From NCBI GenBank assembly GCA_036259115.1, contig DATACK010000027.1, positions 1 to 62,083 of the forward strand: a stretch of DNA of 62,083 nucleotides, given 5' to 3'. Each line of letters begins with the position of its first letter. The first letter of the stretch is position 1. The notes below the pieces were generated by a model, which was not told the origin of the DNA, searched no databases, and worked only from the letters and a program-made list of their open reading frames with translations. Positions 36,062 to 46,079 of the stretch are shown here, in pieces. This DNA comes from Gammaproteobacteria bacterium. GTDB lineage: Bacteria; Pseudomonadota; Gammaproteobacteria; JACCYU01. The translations under genes and the position numbers were made by a program.

Positions 36062-36694
36062 TTTTGTTTCATGATTACAAGTCATTTCCGTGTGCGCTTT
36101 TTTATGGCCAAGCGCCCGATCTCTCGAGATCGATGACAACTCACCGCATGGTCATTTATTATCGCGACCGGCTGGATGTAACAAATCGTGCCGCCGACGA
36201 ACTTAAACTTAAAAATCTCACCGCTTTAGATCCTTGCGCTAAGGCGTCGGATTCGGGTGTGTGCGCCCGGCAGCTCTGCTGCGCTTGTTTGGCGGTTCAC
36301 CGTTGGCTTGCTGCCTTCGAATCGCTAAAGATACGATGAAGGCTTCGGAGCCACCCTTGTAAAAACGCCGTGCGTTGCCGGTAAGGCTCGATTTTCAGGC
36401 GACTCCAAATAATGTCCCCGTCGCTAAAAGACGACTGGCGTCCTGTTTGGCGTGGCACGCCACCTTAATGATGTCAAAGTCATTAACGGCCTGGGGTTTA
36501 AACGGCGCGCCTGCTTAAGATTGTCCGCCAGCTCGGGTGGACCTGCGCACTTTTGAGAACCAGCATCTTGAAGTGCTCGTGACCGTCCCTGATAGGCGCC
36601 TATTCGCGGTGTGGATACTCGGCCCTAGAACAAAGCTAAAGGGCACCAGCACCGCGGCTTGTCAATCATTACGTCCTCCACGCTTGCAAGCCGT

Positions 36695-38053
36695 TTAGTG
36701 CAGCACCAGGGTTGCCAGGCCGAGAAACGAGAAAAATCCCATCACGTCGGTAACCGTAGTGAGCACGACTGGGCCAGCCAAAGCCGGATCAATGCCGAGT
36801 CTGCGCATGATAAACGGGATACTGACGCCCGCCATGGCGGCGCATAACAGGTTGATGACCATCGCCGCCGCGATGATTGCGCCGATCTTCCAGCTTTTGA
36901 ACCATAATACCGCGACCATCGCCACGATCAGCGCCCACATCATGCCGTTAATGGCCCCCACCGCCAGTTCCTTAATCATCAATAGACGCGCATTGCGTCG
37001 GCCCAACTGCCCCAATGCTAGACCACGAATTACCAGTGTAAGTGTTTGGTTACCGGCGTTACCGCCCATACTGGCTGCAATAGGCATCAACACCGCCAAT
37101 GCCACAACTTTCTCAAGGGTGGCTTGAAACTGGCCAACCACCGATGCAGCCAGAAACGCCGTAATAAGATTTGTGCCTAGCCAAACAGCGCGACGGCGCG
37201 CGGCTGCCACTACGGGCGCGAAAATATCCTCTTCCTCAGTCAGGCCCACCGAGCTAAGCACCGAATGTTCCGCCTCCTCACGGATGACGTCCACCACATC
37301 GTCGACGGTGATGCGGCCCAGCAACTTGCCATGCTCATCGATGACCGGCGCTGATACCAAATCGCGATCCTCGAACAGCTTAGCAACTTGCACCGCCGGC
37401 ATCTGCGCGGGAATTCCCTCCACGCTGTAGTCCATAACCTCTGCAACGGTAAGATCCGGATCGCGGCTTACGACCACTGAGAGCGGTAGTATTCCTAAGT
37501 AACGATCATAGCGATTGACCACGATCAGGCTGTCGAGCGATGCTGGAATATTGCTCTTCATACGTAGGTAACGCAGCACCACGTCGAGCGTGACATTGGC
37601 ACGCACGGTCACCGTGTCGGTGTTCATCAGACCGCCCGCGGTGTCCTCGCCGTATGACAATACCGCCTCCAGTCGCTGGCGGTGTTGTTGATCCATGCCG
37701 GCCAAGGCCTGGCGCGTGACCGCGTCCGGCAGGTCTTGCAGTAGGTCCGCGAGATCATCGATGTCCAGTCCTTCCGTTGCGGACAACAGCGCCTCGTGAT
37801 CCATCCCCTCGATCAGGCCAGCGCGCACCTCATCGCCCACGTGCAGCAATACCTCGCCGTGGTCGTTACGATCGACCATCTCCCAGACGATGCGGCGCGG
37901 CGAGGGCGGCAGTGACTCCAGCAGGTGAGCGATCTCGGCTGGGTGCAGGGCGGAGATGATGCCGCGCGCCTGCTTAAGCGTGCCGGACTCGAGCGCCTGA
38001 GTTAGGGCCTCAAGATGATTTTCCGCTCGCTGCTCTGGCACTACTTCGGCCAT
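36695..38053 (-). CDS. mgtE: Magnesium transporter MgtE
   Basis: 452 aa. The N-terminal MgtE-N domain (..LHPAEIAHLLESLP..), tandem CBS region and five C-terminal TM segments with GNAGNQ and PF..R..G.DPA motifs. Confidence 0.93.
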   Translation of the reverse strand: MAEVVPEQRAENHLEALTQALESGTLKQARGIISALHPAEIAHLLESLPPSPRRIVWEMVDRNDHGEVLLHVGDEVRAGLIEGMDHEALLSATEGLDIDDLADLLQDLPDAVTRQALAGMDQQHRQRLEAVLSYGEDTAGGLMNTDTVTVRANVTLDVVLRYLRMKSNIPASLDSLIVVNRYDRYLGILPLSVVVSRDPDLTVAEVMDYSVEGIPAQMPAVQVAKLFEDRDLVSAPVIDEHGKLLGRITVDDVVDVIREEAEHSVLSSVGLTEEEDIFAPVVAAARRRAVWLGTNLITAFLAASVVGQFQATLEKVVALAVLMPIAASMGGNAGNQTLTLVIRGLALGQLGRRNARLLMIKELAVGAINGMMWALIVAMVAVLWFKSWKIGAIIAAAMVINLLCAAMAGVSIPFIMRRLGIDPALAGPVVLTTVTDVMGFFSFLGLATLVLH

Positions 38054-38133
38054 GATCCGCTTCCTGATCGGCTAAATTAAGAAATGGAATTCTTATGATA
38101 TGTGGAAAAAGTCCTTGGAGTGTCTTGCCTTGC

Positions 38134-38430
38134 CTTTGATGTGAGGCAGGATCGCCCCACATCAAAGTCTGGTCCGTACTGGCTCAGCTTCCCTCCCGGT
38201 CTTGCTAGGCATGCCAGTCATGCCTTCTGCGCTGCGCAGTCCTACTTCGCTTGAAGTCCAGGACCTACTATCTCGGCTTAGTATCCTGCCGCGCCGGTCA
38301 GTCCAGGTACACCTTCCCCTGGTGGGCATTCGCCAACTTGCGGCTCACCCATGTAGGCCCATTCGCCCCGGCAGGATAATCCCGTGGCATTCACAGCTTT
38401 AGACGCTGCTCACCCCTAGGGGCTAGAGGC
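38134..38430 (-). promoter_or_regulatory. Structured 5' leader of mgtE, a candidate Mg2+-responsive riboswitch-like element
   Basis: In the minus-strand RNA the order is AUCCUGCC (38377-38370), GGCAGGAU (38290-38283), then AUCCUGCC (38152-38145). The last copy lies in the loop of a perfect 10-bp hairpin (38134-38143 / 38158-38167). There is also an internal CCAGG/CCUGG hairpin with a GGAAGGUG loop, plus loose resemblance to M-box motifs (UAGG.GUGAG.., ..ACUAAGCCGAGAUAG). Not validated against a covariance model. Confidence 0.35.
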
Positions 38431-38627
38431 TGTTTTTCAAGTGGTCTCCAAGTGCGGCGTGAAGTGTAGCAGGCCCGACTGTTTTGAGCGACGCTCTTGC
38501 TGCGATCCTTAAGACGCGAGGATGTTGATCTGTCAGTAGCGCTATAGACGCTTGGATAGCGCTACGCCCTCGTGTTGAATCGGCTTATGGGCTGTGATGT
38601 ACCACGGCCTTTTGGCCGCGATACGCC

Positions 38628-38897
38628 CTATTCCGCTTCCCCGAAGCGACGGTTGATCAGGGCCTCCAGTTCAGAGATCGCCTCATTCTCGTCACCGCCA
38701 TGAGCATATAACGTGACGGTGCTACCCTTGCCTGCAGCTAGCATCATAACACCCATGATGCTCTTGCCGTTGACACGACGGCTACCCTTCTCAAGTTCGA
38801 CTTCACTCTCGAAATGGGACGCCAGATTGACAAACTTAGCGGCCGCACGGGCATGCATGCCCAGTTTATTGATGATCGTAAGCTCTTTACTGACCAT
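38628..38897 (-). CDS. ptsH: HPr-family phosphocarrier protein
   Basis: 89 aa from the ATG at 38897. His-15 region NKLGMHARAA and Ser-46 region NGKSIMGVMML are both present. Confidence 0.88.
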   Translation of the reverse strand: MVSKELTIINKLGMHARAAAKFVNLASHFESEVELEKGSRRVNGKSIMGVMMLAAGKGSTVTLYAHGGDENEAISELEALINRRFGEAE

Positions 38898-39297
38898 GCT
38901 GCTGATCCTCCGGCTCACAAAACAGGATGCCATCGTGACCGCCGCTTAACGCCTTATTGACCATCTCGTGGAGATTACAACCCGGATAATTCAAGACCCG
39001 TACCAGCATCGGCAGGTTTATGCCGGCAACGACCTGTACCTGTGGATGATCCAACAGCCGAGTGGCGATGTTGCTGGGCGTGGAACCATACATATCGGTC
39101 AGCACCAACACGCCGTCGCCATGGTCCAACTCATCGCGCAAGTGCAATGCCTGTCGTAACACGCTGTCTGGATCGCTTTTCTGAGACACTTCAAGATAAG
39201 CCGTTTGCAGCGGACAAAAACCTAGTACCGAAGTCGTGGTACTGAGCAGTTGTTCGCCGATGCGCCCATGCGTGATGATGAGTAAGCCTACGGACAT
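38887..39297 (-). CDS. PTS EIIA component, mannose/fructose family
   Basis: A start at 39297 gives MSVGLLIITHGRIGEQLL.. with the active-site His in the THG motif. About 136 aa. Confidence 0.85.
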   Translation of the reverse strand: MSVGLLIITHGRIGEQLLSTTTSVLGFCPLQTAYLEVSQKSDPDSVLRQALHLRDELDHGDGVLVLTDMYGSTPSNIATRLLDHPQVQVVAGINLPMLVRVLNYPGCNLHEMVNKALSGGHDGILFCEPEDQQHGQ

Positions 39298-39366
39298 GAT
39301 TTCTCTAAACGTTGGAAACGCTGGTATCCGCGGGATAGGCATCTGCATTGAACGAATTGTAGGAGA

Positions 39367-40227
39367 TCACTGGAGCTCCCGATGACGAACTGACACATTC
39401 TCATGACCTGCTTCCTTGAAGTAGGCGGCCAGGCGCTCAGCCAGATATACAGAGCGATGGCGGCCACCGGTACACCCTATCGATATACTTAAATAGCTGC
39501 GATTCTCTGCCTCGTAGCACGGTATCCAGCGCGTCAGGAAATCTCGTATCGAAAGCAGCAATTCTTCTACCTCGCTATGATGACGTAGATAATCGATTAC
39601 CTGCGAATCGCGACCCGTTAAATCGCGCAGTTCAGGCTCCCAATGGGGATTGGGGAGGCAACGCGCGTCAAACACATAGTCGGCATCTGGCGGTACGCCG
39701 TGTTTGTAACCAAACGACTGAAACAGCAAATATAATGATGAATTGACGCTGGTGCGTATGCGCTCCCTGATCAGCGCGCGCAATTGATGCACGTTAGTAC
39801 GGGTAGTATCAATTTTCAGATCCGCCCGCGACGCAATAGCTTCTAGCAAGGAACGCTCCAGATGAATGGCCTCGACCAACGGTAGACCCTCGCGCGTTAA
39901 CGGATGTTTGCGTCGCGTTTCGCTAAACCGTGTAATGAGGGTCTCGACGTCAGCCTGTAGAAAGATAATCTCCACGTCTAAACCGCTGGATTCTATCTCA
40001 GCTACGATCTGGGGAAAGCGCGCTAAGTCCTCAATGCCGCTTCGGGCGTCGATGCCCACGGCGGCCTTGTCATAGAGCTTAAGCCCTGGACTCAAGAGTT
40101 GCTTCACAAAGGCCGGCAGCAATCCCATGTGGAGGTTATCGATGCAATAGAAATCCTCATCCTCTAAGGTGTGCAGGGCGACCGACTTTCCTGATCCGGA
40201 TAGGCCACTGATAATAAGAAGCTTCAT
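39367..40227 (-). CDS. rapZ: RNase adapter protein RapZ (YhbJ)
   Basis: 286 aa. N-terminal P-loop SGLSGSGKS and C-terminal IGCTGGRHRSV motif. Confidence 0.93.
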   Translation of the reverse strand: MKLLIISGLSGSGKSVALHTLEDEDFYCIDNLHMGLLPAFVKQLLSPGLKLYDKAAVGIDARSGIEDLARFPQIVAEIESSGLDVEIIFLQADVETLITRFSETRRKHPLTREGLPLVEAIHLERSLLEAIASRADLKIDTTRTNVHQLRALIRERIRTSVNSSLYLLFQSFGYKHGVPPDADYVFDARCLPNPHWEPELRDLTGRDSQVIDYLRHHSEVEELLLSIRDFLTRWIPCYEAENRSYLSISIGCTGGRHRSVYLAERLAAYFKEAGHENVSVRHRELQ

Positions 40228-40373
40228 GCTACCAATAAGAGATTCCTTAAGTCATTACCGGGCCAAATGTGCGTGAATGTATGCATGATGATTACGTCTC
40301 TGACATCGCAGGTGGCAGACGACGCAAAGCAGCTTAAGCCGAGCTCCGCCTTAGCCTTAATACAGCCTGCGCC

Positions 40374-41312
40374 TCAGCCCATGAGACGCCTTTGGCGGGC
40401 ACCAAGATCCTCTCCCGCATTATAACCGTTCAACCTCAGCAGGTGATTGCGCACGGCTGCCTCCACCAGCACCGCCAGGTTACGGCCCGGCGCCACCGGT
40501 AGGGTAAAAACCGGTATGTCCAATCCCAAGATATTGCGTGACTGCTGCTGATCCTTGAGCCGATCCTCGAATGGTGTGTTGTCGTTGGGACGTGCATGTT
40601 TTAGATGGATGATCAGCCGCAGATACTTACTCTTTTTGATGACGCTGTCGCCATACATGGCGCGTATGTTAAGCACGCCTAAACCCCGCACTTCCAGAAA
40701 GTCCTGAATTAGTGCGGGACATGTACCATTGATAATATCAGGCGCAATGCGGGCGAACTCCGGCGCGTCGTCTGCGACGAGACGATGACCGCGCGTGATC
40801 AGCTCCAGCGCCAACTCGCTCTTGCCAACTCCGCTCTCGCCGGTCAACAGCACACCAATGCTCAACACCTCCATGAAAACACCATGCAGCGTGACCCTAT
40901 CGGCCAGCTTGTGTGTAAAGTAATAACGCAGATCATTTATCAGCTCATTACTAGAAACTGGCGACTGCAACAGTGGTACTTGATGCCGGTCGGCTAAACT
41001 TAAGATCTCGTTGGGCGGCTCGCATTCATCAGCAAGTAAAATAACAACCGGATCGCCCTCGACTAACTGCTGGTAGGCATCCTGCCGCCAATTGGGCCGC
41101 AAGTTGCTAAGATAAGTCAGTTCAGTCCTGCCAAGCACCTGCACTTGATTGGCATGAATTAAATTGAAATGCCCAACCAGTCCTGGATTGCCGCGTGCGG
41201 TGCTGTTTTGTACAAAACTACGTTCAGCACCGCTCTTACCGGCCAACCAGACCAGCTGTAGGCGATTTACCAGATCTTCGAACAGTATCTGGACGGTCAG
41301 CGATTCAGTCAT
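40374..41312 (-). CDS. hprK: HPr kinase/phosphorylase
   Basis: 312 aa. P-loop LTGESGVGKSELALELI..GHRLVADD, characteristic of HprK/P. Confidence 0.92.
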   Translation of the reverse strand: MTESLTVQILFEDLVNRLQLVWLAGKSGAERSFVQNSTARGNPGLVGHFNLIHANQVQVLGRTELTYLSNLRPNWRQDAYQQLVEGDPVVILLADECEPPNEILSLADRHQVPLLQSPVSSNELINDLRYYFTHKLADRVTLHGVFMEVLSIGVLLTGESGVGKSELALELITRGHRLVADDAPEFARIAPDIINGTCPALIQDFLEVRGLGVLNIRAMYGDSVIKKSKYLRLIIHLKHARPNDNTPFEDRLKDQQQSRNILGLDIPVFTLPVAPGRNLAVLVEAAVRNHLLRLNGYNAGEDLGARQRRLMG

Positions 41313-41491
41313 CGAATTTCACGTGTCCCGCGCATCTGGTCCGTGTCGCTAACAACAGCGCCAGCGGGTATGCCTCAACGGTCCCCGATATACCACCAAG
41401 CGGTGATTCGGCGTATGCTCACTTATTGCAGCAATCGGCGTTATACATATGGTCCGACTTGCGCCCGACAACTAGCCTTCATCGACAACAA

Positions 41492-41812
41492 TCAGGAATT
41501 ATTGCGGTGCGAACCCTCGACCCGATGGTGATCTCTGAGTTTCTCTTTATGTTTGACAATCTGACGATCGAGTTTGTCCACCAGACAATCGATCGCGGCA
41601 TACATATCCTCTTGGACATCGTCGGCGAATAATCGATTGCCACTGACGATCATTGCCGCCTCTGCTCTATGTCGGAGCTTTTCAACCGTTAGGATGACGT
41701 GGGTGTCGATCACGTGGTCGAAATGCCGCTTTAATCTTTCAAACTTACCGTGGACGTAATCGCGCAGTGCAGGGGTGATGTCAAGATGATGCCCAGTCAG
41801 ATTGATCTGCAT
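41492..41812 (-). CDS. hpf: Ribosome hibernation promoting factor (short HPF / sigma-54 modulation protein)
   Basis: A start at 41812 gives MQINLTGHHLDITPALRDYV.., about 106 aa, immediately downstream of rpoN. Confidence 0.92.
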   Translation of the reverse strand: MQINLTGHHLDITPALRDYVHGKFERLKRHFDHVIDTHVILTVEKLRHRAEAAMIVSGNRLFADDVQEDMYAAIDCLVDKLDRQIVKHKEKLRDHHRVEGSHRNNS

Positions 41813-41999
41813 AATGAAACTCCTTCTTGTTGATTGGACGTTAGCTTTCCTAACACGAAACCGCACTTATCGCAGACGCCCAGCGTGCGATACTGTAGCG
41901 CGTCGCAGCATCACGGCCGCAATTGTCACCTCTGCTGAGTCATCCCGGTGCGCATCCCTCATTGGCCGATAACGCACAAGGTCTATTGCGTGAGCTCCT

Positions 42000-43490
42000 C
42001 TAGGTCAGACGTTTGCGTTCGTTGGAGGGAGGAATAAGCATAGCCTCTCGGTATTTAGCCACCGTTCGCCGCGCCACATTAATGCCTTTGGTGACCAGCA
42101 GAGATGCGATTTTACTGTCGCTGAGCGGCTTGCTGGGATTCTCCTCTGTGATCAGTTGTTTGATCATGGCGCGAATGGCGGTGGCCGAGCAAACGCCACC
42201 ATCCACTGTGCTCACGTGACTGGAAAAGAAGTATTTGAATTCGAATATTCCGCGTGGCGTATGCATATACTTATGTGTGGTTACGCGTGAGATGGTAGAC
42301 TCGTGCATATCGAGCTGCTCGGCGATATCGCGCAGCACCAGCGGTTTCATGGCTTCAGGGCCGTAGTCAAGAAAGCCTCGTTGATGCTCAACGATCGCAG
42401 TCGCCACTCGGAGCAAGGTCTCGTTACGACTCTGCAAGCTCTTGATAAACCAGCGGGCCTCCTGCAGCTGGTTGCGCATGTAGGTATTATCGGCGCTGTT
42501 ATCCGCGCGCCTGACCATGCCGGCGTACAGCGGATTGATGCGCAAACGCGGCGCGGTATCCGGATTGAGTTCAACACGCCATGTACCTTGATATCGATAA
42601 ACGCTGACATCTGGCACGATGTATTCAGGCGTGCGGCTGCTGATAAGTGAACCAGGGCGCGGATTGAGTGTTTGGATCAGCTCTGCTACCCGATGCAACT
42701 CGGACTCAGACAGCTTCATGCGTCTTGTAAGTTGCTTGAAATTGCGCGCTGCTAGCAGATCCAGGTGTTCGGCGACCAACTGCTTGGCCTCCGCCAACCA
42801 TGGAGTGTCGGGAGATAACTGTTGTAGTTGGATGCTTAAGGATTCGGCCAGGTTGCGCGCGCCACAGCCGACAGGATCAAAGCGCTGTACCAGATGCAGC
42901 ACGGCCTCTACCTCATCGAGATCGAGGCTAAAATCCTTGGCCAAGTTGGCATGGATGGCCTCCAGCGGCTCCGTAAGGTACCCGTCATCGTCGATGGCAT
43001 CAATGATCGCCATAGCGATGGCCCGATCTGTGTCGCTCATTTGTGTCAGCCGCATCTGCCACAGCAAATGCTCGCGCAGCGTCTCCTGTGCTCCGCTCTG
43101 ATTCTCAAACAGATCCCTGCTGCCCTCGTCAGGTGCGCCACCGTAAAGATTGGGCGTGTCATAGACGTCGTCCCAACTGCTGTCCACAGGCAATTCGTCT
43201 GATGATTCCTGTGAGTCGCTTAAGGAGTTATGCAGTATATCCTCGCCATTGCCGGCCGCCTGTTCCTGCATGGCTTCTGTTGTGTCCGCGCCGTTTGCGG
43301 CCTCTTGACCTACGACCGCATCCTCGGCCTCATCCTCAATGGTCTCCAGCATAGGGTTGCTTTCGAAGTTCTGCTGGATTTCAGCCTGCAGTTCTAGAGT
43401 GGACAACTGCAACAGGCGAATAGCCTGTTGCAGCTGAGGCGTCATAGTGAGCTGCTGCCCAATACGTAGTTGGATGGATGGCTTCAACAT
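42000..43490 (-). CDS. rpoN: RNA polymerase sigma-54 factor
   Basis: 496 aa. N-terminal [29 protein letters not shown], an acidic region II, and the C-terminal RpoN box [10 protein letters not shown]. Confidence 0.97.
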   Translation of the reverse strand: MLKPSIQLRIGQQLTMTPQLQQAIRLLQLSTLELQAEIQQNFESNPMLETIEDEAEDAVVGQEAANGADTTEAMQEQAAGNGEDILHNSLSDSQESSDELPVDSSWDDVYDTPNLYGGAPDEGSRDLFENQSGAQETLREHLLWQMRLTQMSDTDRAIAMAIIDAIDDDGYLTEPLEAIHANLAKDFSLDLDEVEAVLHLVQRFDPVGCGARNLAESLSIQLQQLSPDTPWLAEAKQLVAEHLDLLAARNFKQLTRRMKLSESELHRVAELIQTLNPRPGSLISSRTPEYIVPDVSVYRYQGTWRVELNPDTAPRLRINPLYAGMVRRADNSADNTYMRNQLQEARWFIKSLQSRNETLLRVATAIVEHQRGFLDYGPEAMKPLVLRDIAEQLDMHESTISRVTTHKYMHTPRGIFEFKYFFSSHVSTVDGGVCSATAIRAMIKQLITEENPSKPLSDSKIASLLVTKGINVARRTVAKYREAMLIPPSNERKRLT

Positions 43491-43752
43491 CGGTCAACCC
43501 ACAGTTCAGCTCGCCCTGCAATCACGGCAAAGGGCATTATCGCGTATAGCAAACACAGATCTTCCGCTACGGCGTACCGGCTCTCGCGCTTTGGGATATC
43601 TCCTACATAATTCAGTATAGAACACAGCATCATATTGTACCTGCAACTAAGACTGTCAATTGTACTTGATGATTTTATTGCGATATGCATTTTGCTCAGC
43701 ATTGCTGTAGATACAAGCACTGACGAGGCATGACTGTTACTTACGCGCACCA

Positions 43753-44478
43753 CTAAAGCCTGAAATGCTCACCTAAATACACCTCACGCACGTGCGCGTT
43801 GGTAAGAATTTGCTCGGGCGTACCCTCGGCAATGATCCGGCCATCACTGAGGATATAAGCACGCACGCAGATTCCTAATGTCTCGCGGACGTTGTGATCG
43901 GTGACCAATACCCCAATCCCCCGCTCCTTCAAATGACTCACTGTCCGCTGTATGTCCAGCACCGAAATGGGATCGACGCCGGCGAAGGGTTCATCCAAGA
44001 GGATAAAGTCAGGGTCCATCGCCAGCGCGCGGGCGATCTCAACCCGTCGCCGCTCGCCCCCCGATAGACTAATGCCAAGGCTGCCGGCGATGTGGCCGAT
44101 CTGGAATTCATCAAGCAGCCGCTCCTGTCGTTGCATGCGTTGGCTGCGGTTCAGATCGCGCCGCGTCTGCAATATCGCTTTAATATTGTCGGCCACGTTG
44201 AGCTTGCGAAATACTGATGCCTCTTGCGGCAGATAGCTGAGCCCCAAGCGTGCCCTGACGTGCATGGGAGCACGGGTGATGTCCCGCTCGTTTAGCCTTA
44301 TCGTGCCCCGGTCGCAACGTACCAGGCCCACCAGCATGTAAAAACAGGTGGTCTTGCCGGCGCCATTGGGCCCCAGAAGACCAATAATCTCGCCGCTGTT
44401 CACTTGAAGTGCGACGTCATCGACGACCTGTCGGCTCTTGTACCATTTGGCAAGGTTTGCCGCGCGCAGCGAGCTCAT
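43753..44478 (-). CDS. lptB: LPS export ABC transporter ATPase LptB
   Basis: 241 aa. Walker [25 protein letters not shown] and [12 protein letters not shown] motifs. Position upstream of rpoN. Confidence 0.95.
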   Translation of the reverse strand: MSSLRAANLAKWYKSRQVVDDVALQVNSGEIIGLLGPNGAGKTTCFYMLVGLVRCDRGTIRLNERDITRAPMHVRARLGLSYLPQEASVFRKLNVADNIKAILQTRRDLNRSQRMQRQERLLDEFQIGHIAGSLGISLSGGERRRVEIARALAMDPDFILLDEPFAGVDPISVLDIQRTVSHLKERGIGVLVTDHNVRETLGICVRAYILSDGRIIAEGTPEQILTNAHVREVYLGEHFRL

Positions 44479-45008
44479 TGAATCGTCGCCGCCTGTCCAG
44501 CGTGCGACTCCGGCACCAAAGTCATCTTCACCCGCCCTTTGCCTTGCAAAGCGCCAGCATCGGTGACCTGCCGAACGATATGGTACACGATCCGCTGGGC
44601 CGCAAAGCGGTTGGGGCCACGCAGCAAGACCGCATCTCCGAGCAGGATAATCAGATGCCTATCAGGCTCGTATACCATGTGCCGAGCCTCGGCCGTGATT
44701 TCTTCTCCGCTGTCGGTGAGTTGGCGGAATGTACTCATTGCGTCCTTGTTGTTGCTGTGGGCGATAAGCTTTAGCAAGTCTCGGCCTGGTGCGATGGCCG
44801 TCACCTTGTCTGCGGTAAGCATCATATTGCCCTGGGTGATCCGCACATCGCCCAGATAAATACCTATACCCGTTTTATCGTTCAGCTGCGCGGAGTCCGC
44901 CTCCACATGCACCAGTTGCTCTGCGTTGCCGGATTTGGCGAACACGGACACCGGCAATAGCAGCGCACCGACGAGTAGTGCGTACATCAGCTTAAGCTTA
45001 AGGCACAT
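44475..45008 (-). CDS. lptA: Periplasmic LPS transport protein LptA
   Basis: 177 aa with a signal peptide and an OstA-like beta-jellyroll pattern. Lies between lptC and lptB. Confidence 0.85.
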   Translation of the reverse strand: MCLKLKLMYALLVGALLLPVSVFAKSGNAEQLVHVEADSAQLNDKTGIGIYLGDVRITQGNMMLTADKVTAIAPGRDLLKLIAHSNNKDAMSTFRQLTDSGEEITAEARHMVYEPDRHLIILLGDAVLLRGPNRFAAQRIVYHIVRQVTDAGALQGKGRVKMTLVPESHAGQAATIQ

Positions 45009-45558
45009 AGGTGCTTCGCACTCGCGACTTTAGATCCAAGGTACCGGTGGCCAAATCAAGCATCATGCCCACTCCCGCCAACTGTCGTTTACCGTTGATC
45101 GCACGCACAGGCGCATTGGTGCGCGCCGCTTTGGCATCGGGAAATACGGTTAGATCGCGGGTCCTTACCATGAGCCGAGCACGATTAGCATGTGGAGGCC
45201 TTACCATTTCGACCTCACCGGGTAGCCACACGCGCTCACCGCGGGCGGTAACCCTGGCCCGCCGCGCGCGTAGTTCTACTGGCGGCCCATCATCGCGGAA
45301 CAACCAGACATGGGGCGAGATGAGCCATGAACTGTCGTCGGCTGGGAAATGCATCATGCGCGGCGCTTTGATCCGATAGCGCGGCACCCCATCGATGTCC
45401 ATCGTGGTCAGCACAACCGCGCTGAAAGCATAATCAGGCTTACTTGATGTTTGTGCCTCCTGCGCGCGCCGCAGGTTTTCTTGCAGGTCGCGCAACCACT
45501 CGGTTAGGCCGACGGCGGCTCCGATCAACGCAACCATCATCAGCAACCGCAGCATCAC
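44998..45558 (-). CDS. lptC: LPS export protein LptC
   Basis: 186 aa with a single N-terminal TM anchor. Called mainly from its conserved kdsC-lptC-lptA position and its size. Confidence 0.8.
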   Translation of the reverse strand: MMLRLLMMVALIGAAVGLTEWLRDLQENLRRAQEAQTSSKPDYAFSAVVLTTMDIDGVPRYRIKAPRMMHFPADDSSWLISPHVWLFRDDGPPVELRARRARVTARGERVWLPGEVEMVRPPHANRARLMVRTRDLTVFPDAKAARTNAPVRAINGKRQLAGVGMMLDLATGTLDLKSRVRSTYVP

Positions 45559-46079
45559 GTCAGATAATGGCGCATGGCCTCATCCAACGAACCTTGCGCT
45601 TGTAAAATCAGTTCGCACACCTCGCGCACCGCACCACGACCACCAGGATTCGCCGTCGTCCAATGCGCGTGGCGCTTGACCAGGGAATGAGCATCCTGCA
45701 CGGCAATAGCCAGCCCGACGCGCCTCAATAGCGGAATATCGACCACGTCATCGCCGACGTAAGCAGTCTCTGATGCCGAGATCGCCAGCCGTGCGAGGAG
45801 TTGCTCGAAAGCGGGTAGTTTTTCGCGATGGCCTTGCAATACGTGCTCAATACCTAGTTCGGCCATGCGCCGTGCCACGACCTTCGAATCGCGGCCGGTG
45901 ATGATCGCGATGATCACGCCATAGTGCTGGAGCATGCGCAGGCCATGGCCGTCTTTAGTGCTGAAGGCCTTGTATTCCTGACCATCGTCGCCGATGAACA
46001 AGGTCCCGTCGGTCAACACGCCGTCAACATCAAAGACGGCGAGTCTAATATTCGCGGCGCGCTGGCTTATCTCCTCCAT
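45555..46079 (-). CDS. kdsC: KDO 8-phosphate phosphatase
   Basis: 174 aa. HAD motif I FDVDGVLTDG, then ..YVGDD..D. Confidence 0.92.
   Translation of the reverse strand: MEEISQRAANIRLAVFDVDGVLTDGTLFIGDDGQEYKAFSTKDGHGLRMLQHYGVIIAIITGRDSKVVARRMAELGIEHVLQGHREKLPAFEQLLARLAISASETAYVGDDVVDIPLLRRVGLAIAVQDAHSLVKRHAHWTTANPGGRGAVREVCELILQAQGSLDEAMRHYLT

Noticed and set aside
36064-36339. 91-aa plus-strand ORF upstream of the Rrf2 gene
   Set aside because: It starts inside the Rrf2 5' region, has poor coding character and no recognisable motif. The region is more likely to be promoter or gene-remnant DNA.
38202-38402. 66-aa plus-strand ORF inside the mgtE leader
   Set aside because: It is Pro/Arg/Leu-rich, sits on the opposite strand to both flanking genes, and the region is better explained by RNA structure.
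38230-38430. Resemblance of the mgtE leader to cobalamin (..CCUGGACUGACCGGCGCGGCAGG.. versus the btuB core) or TPP (GGGGUG..GCUGUGA..) riboswitch strings
   Set aside because: The required helices do not form. The GGGAA junction falls inside a hairpin loop, the GGGG/ACCC pairing is absent, and the genomic context (mgtE) does not fit either ligand.
43484-43753. 89-aa ORF filling the lptB-rpoN spacer
   Set aside because: Its codon usage and composition (Ser/Cys-rich, AT-rich third positions) are atypical for this genome, and it overlaps the rpoN start. Kept only as a note within the spacer finding.
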